64,000 nucleotides of DNA from Antedon mediterranea. Its lineage: Eukaryota > Animalia > Echinodermata. This document shows, piece after piece, positions 47,401 through 59,400 of this stretch; within the stretch, counting starts at the first letter, position 1, and each line of letters starts with the position of its first letter. The notes under the pieces are model-generated. The model was not told the DNA's origin. It did not search any database and saw only the letters and a list, made by a program, of their open reading frames with translations. The position numbers and the translations under genes are program-made. The stretch covers positions 31,670,388-31,734,387 of the forward strand of contig NC_092670.1 in NCBI RefSeq assembly GCF_964355755.1, written 5' to 3'.

Positions 47401-50400
47401 ATAATAACTGGTACTTGATATAGCGCATTATGCTGAAAGCCTCAATGCGCTTTACAAAGACAGAACAATTTAGAAATTTACAAATTAAAAAGTGGGTTTT
47501 GAGGAGAGATTTGAAGACGCTGGTGGAAGTAGCCTGACGGATTTCAATAGGCAACGCATTCCATAGAGAAACGGATGCCGAAGAAAATGAACGATTTCCA
47601 TAAAACTTAGTGGAAGGATGAAATATATGGGCAAGAAGAGACTCAGATCTAGATCTCAGAGACCGCTTAGGAACATAAGGTTGAATAAGTTCAATTAATA
47701 TTTCGTTACTAAATGGATAAAGAATATTATTTTAAAATTGTTCTTCTTTGCATCCATCCTCTTCCCCATCCCTCAACCCTAATGTTACATACAAAACACA
47801 AATCAAGTTTGTTTAAATTTGACTTAAACAATTGGTCTCATTTTGTGACAAGTTTCTCTTTCGGAAGTAATTCCCATGGTGCTAATTTTAGTTGAGTACA
47901 TAAATTACAGTGTCTATTTATTCGTTCCTGTAGGCTGTAAACGACATGTATTATTGTCCTGCGGTACGTACATTTGAAATCGCCAGTTTTTTAACGCTGA
48001 AATTATTATGTATTCGAGAACCATCTGTGGGCACGACCTAGATGGTACGCGAGCGTACCATCTAGTAATTATCAATTTAAGTTGCGCCATTACTTTATAT
48101 ACGTTAAGCTACCGCACGTTTAAATCCTCAGCATATGAAAGGTTAATAGCAATAGCAAGGATTAAACACAATTTAAATAATACAATGATTTACCTGGAGG
48201 GCACATTTCACATTTGTTTTTATACTTATTGAATATCTGGTATGTCCCTTCCTTACAAGGACTACACTTCCTAGTTTTGGAATTGCACGTCAATCCAGTT
48301 TCTCCACGAATAAATTTTAACAAATCCCCTTCAATGTCTATATCGATTTCGGTATTTTCTCTTACACAAATGCTGTAAAGAAAACTTCTCTATTATTAAT
48401 TATTGTAGGATGATACAGCTAAACTTTACATCCAGTGGATTGATACTGTCTAGGTCATGGACTTGGTTGTTGTTATAATTTTAAAAATGAGTAAAATAAC
48501 GTAATCAAAATTCTTCTGATCTTGCAATGGTTAAAATGATTAAGTTGTCTCATGTTGGTTACATGCGTGCCTTCATTGATGCAAAGCTCATGTCCTTTAT
48601 ATAGTTCATTAATTATAAATGTCTCTATGTTACTTCTAATTTAAATGCCTTCACAATCCGGTTACAGCTTTATCTAAAAATGCATCATTTATCCTCATGT
48701 GGTTTTACATGATTTTATTTGGTATTCTTCGTTTCTTGTATTGTAATGCTGTATATCGTTAATAATTGTTCATTATTGGTAAGATAGGTCAAGCAATGAA
48801 GATACCTAATATTTTGTAAAGCTAGTGAACAATTAAATCTAGAATACAAAATCAATTATGTGTTGCTAAGTAACGTAATGAAATTGGTACCTCAAACTCA
48901 CTCTACGAAGATTTACTTACGTTTTAATAGGTTTTCCTATATCAGTAAGAATTGACCGGAGTCCACCACAGTTAAGATATCTAAAATAATGAATAAAACA
49001 TAAATGCATGAGACTATTATTATTATTATTATTATTATTATTACATCGAATTAAAAATATAAAGTAAATGTACTAGTCATGTTTACGTACATTGTTCCGT
49101 TTTCTACCATGTGTGACAGAGCATTTGTTCCTATCTGTTCCAACTTATTGTCAAACAAGTATCTGAAATAAAAAGGGTATAAATAATTTATCGATTAGTT
49201 TGACAAAATAAATGTTATGAATTACTTTAGCTTCTATTCATGTACTAATAACAAGTCTTACATGTATTCAAGTGTTGATCCAATGGTTTTAAACGTCTCA
49301 TACGTAATGTTTGTAATTCCATTACCATACAAGAAGCTGCAAAACAATGAGGAGAAAGAAAATCATTATTTATGTAGATGGTTCCGTTTTTTGGCTTATC
49401 GTGTTTTTTTCTATTTAACTACAGTATTATAAATGACCTTACTATCTGGCGACAGACGGCTATTATTCCTAGATTTTGGATCTTTAAGAAGAAACCAAAG
49501 CATAATGAGAGAAATGATAAAGATGATTATATTGTATTGTAATCATGGTTGATCATTACATATCTTAAAACTGTAAACAAGTTTAAGTCTAGGGTAAAGA
49601 AATAGTTTGATTTGTGTAATACTTGTCCAGTCATGACAGGCAGAAGCACTGGTTACGTAAAGAAGAGCTGTGTATGTTCACATCTTGTTATGACAGTTTG
49701 TATTGCTATGCCTACCTCTTTGTGGATACTACCAGTTTGCCTTTTTGAAGACACTTTGGCAGAATTGCTATCATGTTTTAGAAAACCTGACAATGTATTA
49801 TAGTAATGTTAAGTTAATGATAACCGACTGGTAGCTTTTGAAATTGGCAATGAATGTCAGAAAACGTTATTAGTGAATTGTTATCTATACCATCAATTTA
49901 TGTTGATCATTTTGAAGAGTATTTACAATACCTTGATTAATTTCAAAATATTATTGAACTATTATGGGCATAATGTTCTTTTTGTTGGTGATTTTAATGC
50001 TGACTCTTTTAAAAAGCATATTTCTGCAGGGAATATAACTTCTATGTTTCAGATAGAGTAGACAAATTAGGCATAAATTCTTATACATTTTTTAGTGAAG
50101 CTCATGGTTCAACTAGCTGGTTAGACACCATATTGCAACCCTTAGTTCTAATAATAAATGACATAATACTGAATCCAACGACTTTCTTTTTTATTTTCAT
50201 ACTCATTTATTTATTTCATAGAATCTAATATTTGAGAGTTTAGAGTTATTGTTAACAAGCACTCTGTCAATTGGAGTAGGCCTAAAGACTACTGATGCGA
50301 TAGCATTATACAAACATGATAATTATCCATGATTCATAGTCGGATTAGATATAATTCTTAATTTGTTTTAAAGATAATTGTGATGATCCGGACAATTTGG

Positions 50401-53400
50401 CTGCAGGTATTGATGAATTTATAATAAAATAAAACAGTTTGAAAGAAAGTTCTGAATTGTTTTTAGAGTAATAAAAGCACAGTAATGTTAAGATTGTTCC
50501 TGGATAGAATGAGAAGTGCAATGAGTTGCATAATATTGCTCGGGAAGCTTTTCTTTTTCTGGTGGGACAGTGATTTCCCGAGGTTCGCTCTTTTTTTAGG
50601 CAATGCATGAGGTCAACATTGACGACCTGAATATTATTCAAAACCAAATTTTAAAGCTGAATTTTAGCTTAATAACTTTAAGTTAAACTGCCTATAGCTT
50701 CTGGTTTACAGACTCACATGGGTTCATACCAAGTAATTGCATACTAATTATATTCTTTTTAATATAAACAAATACCGTGTATGTTGATTGTTCCGGAAGC
50801 TACAGGGTAATACTAGGACTTTTAATTTCTTTGAAGTAATCTACATCTGTGACATATTTTGGCCCCATAATTTTTATTAATCTTAAGGATGATGGTGACA
50901 TCACACGCCAATACAAATTGTTATATTCGAGCAAATACACTAGCACGAAAATTCAGCAAATGCTCTGTTGGTGTTAAATACCAAACTGTTCTTATTAGGA
51001 GTGTATGTATTGCTCTTCTCTGTGGTCTAATCACACCAAAAGTGCAATTAATGCCTTAAGGGTATGTTACAACAATGCGCTTCGATTATTGTTAAGATTG
51101 CCTAGACACGGCAGGCGGCAGTGCTAGTAATATGTTAGTTAATAATGGATTCCCGTCTTTTGAGGAGTATTTAATAAAATCTGTCTTTTCATTGTTGCAG
51201 AAAATGTCTGCTAGCTAAAATGAAATCATAAATTGTATTATCATCATTTAATTCATTAAATATATCGACATCGCTGTTTAGCTTGATATATATTTTGCTA
51301 TGTTCATTGAATATTACAGTCAGCAACATTATACAAAACAAACAATCTATAACTTACAGAAAATGAAGATTCGTTCCATTAAATGCTCCATTTTCGATAA
51401 CTGTAATGTTGTTACGTACGAGCATTCTGGAAACATAATATTATGCTTTTAGGTTGATGTGAAAAGATAATATACAGTACTATGGGTTAAATTGTATTGC
51501 AAACTAACAGACTAAAAAGAAATTGATATATAACATCGATTCGACGAGGCAAGTAAGAGTTATTAGTATGATCCTTACATATGTTAATGGTTTATGAGAG
51601 ATCCTTTTACAATGACATAAACATGAGCTTGAAATGGAAACATTTAGATCTGGTATAGTAATTATGTATCATTCTATTAACACAAACATAAAAAAACACA
51701 CAAGACCAAAGTAGGCCTGAGTGTCATTTTTTACGTCACTATTTACTATTTATACTAGTTTATACTTACAACATTTCAAGGGATGACATATTAGCGAAGA
51801 CAATCTTTGAGATACGTTGTATATTATTTTTGTTGACTATCAATGTCTTAACTGAAGGTAGTTGACCGCCTTCTAGTGATGTTATATAGTTCCAACTCAA
51901 ATCACTAAAATTAATTGTTTAAATAGAAAACACATAATAGTCAGGTTCCTCATGTATGGAAATAGGGGTTCCGTAGGATTTTAATGCCCAAAGTGAGATT
52001 TCACTTGATTTTACTTTATCATGGTGCTACGATACCAAAAATGCTAGGTAACAAATTTTCACGATCCCGTAACCATGGTAACAGCCCCAAATTCAAAATG
52101 GCGACCAAATGGCCATATCTCCATAACCCTTTGGTCTATTGACAAGGTATTAGTATCAAAATACTCGGAATATATATATATATTTATATTCGTTGTAATA
52201 GAACATTTTTACTAAATGCAACCGGAAATGCTTTTTTCTGTATTATTGAAGTATGATGTAATGATGTATTCTTGGTAAAAGTGAAAATTACGTCAGAGTA
52301 GGGCCAACATATCTGACCAATATTTATCCATCCTTGTAATGTAAATAGCTATTCTCTATGTCAATGGTGAATAACTTTACTTCTGGTCATTTTCTTACAA
52401 AATATTGCATTACAATAAATATAAATATGTATAGTCTGAACAATTTGAGACCATTTTTAAATTTCCATGACCAGCCGTTTTTTAGATACAGTGCGAGTCA
52501 AGGTCAAGGGTCAATAGTACAGAAAATAGCATTTCCGGTTGCATTTAGTAAAAATGTTCTATTACAACGAATATAAATATATATATTCCGAGTATTTTGA
52601 TGCCAATATCTTGTCAATAGACCAAAGGGTTATGGAGTTATGGTCATTTGGTCGCCATTTTGAATTTGGGGCTGTTACCATGGTTACGGGATCGTGAAAA
52701 TTTGTTACCTAGCATTTTTGGTATCCTAGCACCATAACAAAGTGAAATCAAGTGAAATCTCACTTTGGGCATTAAAATCCTACCGAAATACACGAGGACC
52801 CTGACTATAAGAACACGCATTAGAATATTATTTAATTCTTGTGAAAAAAGGACTTTAAAGAAACAGAAATATCAATACATTATGTAAATGTGTAATTGTT
52901 TTTATAGAACTCACAATTCAAAGACTGACAATTATACTGATAATAAGGATAATGGTAATTGTATTATCGCCCTCAAGCATCTTGAAACTGAGGAAATTCA
53001 GATTAGAAGATAGAATTTGCAGGTAAATCAAAGGGATAATTTGTTGTTATTTATCATATTCAAAAGTATTTTTAAGAAAATTGATTTTTTGTAATTAGAT
53101 TTGGGTTTTTTTTTTAAACTTTATTTATACAATTTAAATCAGTTTTAATGTCATTTTTATTTCTTAACTTTTTGCGCAATAAAATTTATTGAATTTACAC
53201 ACGTCACACAGCCAACACAAATAATGTATGTAACATTATATATTAATTGCAGTAAATAATACAATTGTACTATTTTTTGCTGTATCTTTCATTTGTTGAT
53301 GCCATGTATGCATTTGGTAAACGCTTGTATATATATATATATAATTATATTTATTACACTCACATTATATCCAAGTTGTTGTTCAAGATTGGTACTTCAG

Positions 53401-56400
53401 TAAAACGATTATTAGCAAGTCGTCTTCATTGTTAAAAGGTAATAGAATATTTAAATAAATATATCACTAACAAAAATGTCCAATCATAACATATTTTTAA
53501 TTACAAGATTTAGTTCATTTGGCCACGAAAAACAAATTTCATTTGAAACAACGCCAATGACTTACAATATGACGTTATGTAAACTGTCTTCATGATATTA
53601 AGTGGTGGCACCAAGATTTGCCTACGCAGGAAGATAGCATCCGTAGATAGGGGCCAGCCGGGGAGAGATATTAGACACTTATGGATAGTTTTAGTCACTT
53701 TTAAAGATGAAAATCCTTGATTGGGCACACTCAGTAGGGTATTTTATCAGAGGAAAGCACTCCCCCCGACGGCGCCACCACCGCTACTTTAGGCATCCAA
53801 ATTCGTAGGAGTACATTTTTAAATTTAAATAAACAAATACTTTCAAAATGTGCAAAGAGAAATAATTTACAATGATACTTCAAACACTTCTTTACTTTTT
53901 TATTTTTGGTAATTTTTAAGTTAAATTCCTTACGATTTTTATATCTAATTTACACAAATTACATTTAATGTAAACATAAATACTATATGATTCTATTGAA
54001 ATAACATTTTCGTCTTTAAACGGTTTAAAATAAGTCGATTCTAATAATTTAAACAGCCCGATATAAGTCCCAACTTGCATTGCGCGTGGATTTAGCGTTT
54101 CGTTGTTCTTCTGTGATTCATTCACGCACTTTTCCATAGATCGTGAAGCCCAAAAACAAATGCAAGAGTCGTAACTTTTCACGGAAATACCGAGGTTTCC
54201 CCAATGTTTTCAAACAGATTCTGGCAAAAACAGAAAGACAATTAATGCAGCAACTAGACGACGTCAGGCTACGTCTATAGCTAACGCACGGTGTTCGTAC
54301 GTTACTGCTATTTACCAGCTAGACCTACAAAACTAAGCCTAGCTAGGATAGGTATACCGTACCTAGTTTTAAGAAGTATGGATACGGTACCGTATCTTTA
54401 GCCACGGCGTTTTTTTAAATCATAATTTACCATAACACGTACATTTAAAAAAAGGAATGAACTGGTTTGATGTTTTAAAAGTACTATTCATTATTTTTAA
54501 AATCGAAAATTATAGGGAATGGGACTTTAAGAATTAACACACACGTATTTATAGGCTTTATGCTTATAGTGTACCAATTACATACTCACAGAATATGAAT
54601 ACTGTCCAGTGCAACGAAGGCGTCCTTGTGTATAAAACTAATCTTGTTTTCTTCAAGATTGCTAAAAAGACAGGACACACGTTTGTAAGGTAACGAATTC
54701 GTTTATAGCGTTATAAATATATTGGTATTTAAAAAAAAAAGTTAACAAAAATAATAGGCTACGGATAGTAAATAAACGTTTACGTATATTTCGACCAAAA
54801 CAAATGTCTTATGTTTTCAGATCATGGTTATAAATTATTTTCAATTTATACTCGGAAACTGACGATATATATGATAACTTTTTTTAAAGACAACATACAT
54901 AATTATCTATATAAGTTGTATTAATGTAAATTGTCAGATTTTTTATTTACTGACATGATCAAGGCAAACAATACTTACATTAGGTGTGTATTTCCACCCT
55001 GAAATGCTCTTGATGGTATGTTTCGTAAGCTGTTTCCGCTTAAAAATCTAGTACATTTGGAACAATACTAATTAAGGTAGTCTAAAATAATGTCACATAA
55101 AAACTCAAAAGGCTTCTAAAATGAAAGTAGAAAGCAAAACCCCATGAAAAGGAACGAAGTAGAATTAAGCAAGATCGACCCCATGAAAAGGAACGAAGAT
55201 TCTATTTAGATTATGTATATATACATTAGTTTTATATGAAAATATGATGCACACATTAATTGATGCATGCAATTTTAAACTCTATAGTTTGATTGCTATC
55301 AAGCCTAGCATCATTACTTTGCGATTTCCGGGTTGCAAACATCATTTCAGCTACCAACTTCAACTCCGTTACCTCTAAATAATCACACTAGCTATAATTA
55401 CTCGGATATTTATGTCTCAGTACATAGGTTGAGGACCCCTCAGCATGCATAATTCATGCATAGGTCTCACCCGGGTCTCCAGGGGCGTGGTCTTCTTTTT
55501 GAGAACCATCCATGTACACTCACTAGAGGGTGAGCAAGCAAACCCCCTAGTAACTTACTAATTGTCATACATCGACTCTTTTACTTACATTACACTTGCG
55601 CCTGTAACGTTTTTGAAAGTTCCAGTAGAAATGTGTACAATGTTATTGTTTGCAATAACTCTATTGAAAGAAGAAGATATCATAATAATGATAGAACAGA
55701 AGCTTATCATTTAATGGACTTTTTTGGTATCTCATTATTCTTGTTAAATGTAGTTCTACTAGAGAGGCACGCATTACAAAATACAGCTCAATCAACACAC
55801 AATGTATTATCTGGTACAATGTATGTCTAATAAAGTATGTTAGTATATTTTCCATCAGTAGCTTTCTGATTACTTACATTCCATAGTTAAGCCTTGTAGT
55901 CAATGCAAATGAATTTTCACAAAGCCTTTGAAGGTTGTGGTTATACTGAATATCTCTAAATATATAAACCAAAAAAGATAAAGAGAGGTCGACATTGACT
56001 ATTAATAACGATTAAAACACATTTCTGCGATTATAAACTCAATGGTAAGTTAGATTTATTTATTTATTTATAAACTTTTTTTTTATATGGATGACATTTT
56101 CATTAGAAAATAATGTTCTTACAAATGGTCCATGATTAAAGAAATGCTAGACTTGCCCCAAGTCTGTATTATCTTTTTTTTTTATTTATTTGTTTTTATT
56201 TCGACCGCGATTTTTGTCTGAAAATACAGACTTGTGAAACACGTATAGAAATCGATTTGCAGACCGCAAACATACGATAAGAATGACGTAGGTTATCATA
56301 CCGTATTTGGCTATATGGGGCGGGCGGTATGTAAATATGGATTTCGAATCAACCAATGATCATTTTGTTTCAAAATGAAAGAGATCGAGTACGTAGGCCT

Positions 56401-59400
56401 ACCAGTGCTTAATGTACAATCGAGACTGTTGAAATATAAAATAGTAATGCCAAGTTGTTTTGTTTATTAATTGTTTAGTCCTTGGCCTCTTTCGTAGGTC
56501 CTACTCAACTCGCACGTATGACCTGCCAAATAAAACGCCAATGAAGTAGGCCTACATACCACCGGCACACAACAGGGCTACACCACCACACAGAACAGGA
56601 CAGGGTCTGGGTGGGAATTAAATCAAAATTATCTCCGCGTAATAATAAATGATCCATTCAATGTTTGATTTGCGGAGAAGCTAGCCTATCATATATCAAG
56701 ACGAGTTTTCATGTTTCAAAGATCCCATCAAATGTTTACCAGACTACTAGGCATATAAAATAATTTCTAGCCTTCAGAACTTTCATAAATGTACCCAAGT
56801 ACACATTGTCTAAACGTAACATAGCGCATGCGCATCATCTTAGTTGTTGAGTCTTTGAAATTCTGAAATATGAATATTTAAACAGTGTACGAGAGAGTAG
56901 CCAATCGCATGCAGCTGAAACTAGTCAACCGGATAATCGTATGCACCAAGAATTCTTGGTGTCAAACCACGTGACTTGTGCGTGTTTCCCCAGACGGAGT
57001 ATCCAAAATCAAGTAGTATACGTATGAAACGCCATATGTGCCAAAATATTTATCTTTTAACTAATATTAAGACAAAACTCCGTCTGGAACCCAGACTAAA
57101 GAAATGCATGCATAATAGTGAATAGTCATAAGTTACAAAATTTACAAAAAGATTATAGATTATCGAAAAACATACAAGTACAATTACATTTTAAATACAG
57201 ATACAGAATTAATAATAATAAACAGTTAAGTAAGTACATCGCAATTACACAGGTTCTCAAGTTGAAGTTTGTATTTAAATACATCATTTTTGTTGTGTTT
57301 TGTACTTATATTTAAATGCATTGTAAGAGGTCGCTTCTTGCAATGATATAGGAAGGTTATTCCATACTTTCCCACCAGTCACTTGAAGTGACATATTCAA
57401 TTTGCTAACATTTATCTTGAGTATAACTACATGTAAGGGTTTTGCCAATCGAGTATTATAACCATGTCTATCAATGATTAATTCAACTTAATCTACCAAA
57501 CGTTGAGGGGCTAGGCCATGAATGCATTTGTACATCATACAAGATATTGAAAATTCACGCCTCTGTTCAAAGGACTTCCAACCCAGGTCATTGATAATGT
57601 CATCCCCTCTGAATTTTATAAAATCATAGTTTCCTGACGTGATTCTAGCAGCACGTCTTTGTTGTTTCTTTGCAATATCAATGAAACAATATGAGGTATT
57701 TCCCCATACTGTAATTCCATAATCAATACAAGGTTCAATAGTAGTTTTGTACAGTATTTCAATTAGTGGTTTAAATAAAAATGTACTCATTTTCCCCAAC
57801 ATTGTTATCTTGTAACCAACGGATATTTGGTTTATATTAAGTACCGTACATGTTGTTCCAGCTTAGGTTATCATCGATTTGCAATCCAAGATATCGCACA
57901 TTGTTAACTTGTGTTGTTAAATTTGATACCATTAATATTTATATTTAGAGTTGTTATATTAGTTTCCTCTATTTTTAATAATCATTACTTTTGTTTTATC
58001 AGCATTAATAGTAAGATGATTTTGTTTATACCATTCGGTAATAGAGTTTACTATTTTTGGTAGATCATTATTTATATATAGGCCTAATTACCTTTTTTCC
58101 CGTAACATATATACAAGTACCATCAGCAAATACATAGTATACCTAGATACCATACTCAATTATGCCATTTATATTATAAACCCAGTACCTAAATAAGGGT
58201 ATTTGATCGAATCAGCACACTTCAATTGATTGACTTAGTTTACCAACATTCATTTTAGAAATCTACAATTATTGTACCAGAATACTTACATTACTGATAA
58301 TTGGAGCTTTGCAAAAGTAAAAGGTTCAATAGTATGTATTTGGTTGAACGATATGTCTCTGAAAAATAAAATATTGTAGTGATCTTTAGTAATGTAAGTA
58401 TTGGATTGCGTTTAGCCGTTATCCTCTCTAGAATTAAACAATGTCAATTGTATAGTTTTTGGTTAGTGGTGTTGTGTCGTCGGAGGTCATACAGTAACAC
58501 TCATATCAATTGTAATAACATACTTACAATTTATTTATGGACGGTGAATCCTTAAAGAGAGTATTGTCTAGCGATGTGATGCTGTTATGTTGAATATATC
58601 TATTAAAACAAATAAACGAAAGTAATATGCATTTAATAAGACAAAATCGTTAAAAAGCGACGACAACGACTGAAATGAAAATTTACTCCACTAGTCCAGT
58701 TCCCTATGTCAAAAAGTGCCTCTTTGAAAAAAAGATTAATATTATTGTTGTTGATACTGAAAAAAAACCACATATTTATAAACAGACATTCATTCATTTA
58801 GAACTGAGATTAATTATTAGGACTAGGCATCAGTGGCTAGTATTGGGCGCACCCAATACAGCCATTCCAGGAAATGCCGCTCTCTGGCGCGTTCGTACCA
58901 AATCGAGGTGTTTAAACTTTTGAATTTTACAAAATATTTAACAAGCAAGTCAAAAGAAAGCTAAGATAAATTGATTTTCATTATAATTGATTTTTACCTG
59001 ACGTATTTTCAGGTAAAATAAAGGCAAAGAATGAGTCAGTGAACGCGGGAGTTGTTTATTTCATTTAAAAATCAAGGGCTCAGTGAGCCCGTGACACGCG
59101 CAAAGTGTGTACTGACAACAATGGGACATGCCATCCGATAACATCGAGGGCGAATGACTTTACTATGTAAAGTGTGTTTTTTCAGGGTCCGGTTTCTATA
59201 ATAATATGACAAGTTTGTTACCAAATACGATGACATATTACAAATATACGTTCTAATCTATTAGGTAAAAGTAAAGGCAATAAATGTAGCTGCTATAGTA
59301 GTTAGGAACTACACTGTTACGTATTGTTTAGTTCAATGAATCAATAATGAATAATATGAAAAGTTCGTTACCAAATACGATGACATATATTACAAACATA

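Larger units (their letters stand above)
38764..48065 (+). mobile_element. Head-to-tail array of non-autonomous Helitrons (38764-44857, 44861-46310, 46311-48065)
   Basis: Each unit starts TCtatatataaatttacgtaagggc and ends accatCTAG; terminal palindrome ctagatggtacgc..gcgtaccatctag; unit 1 holds the BEL element and unit 3 an L2 fragment. Confidence 0.82.
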
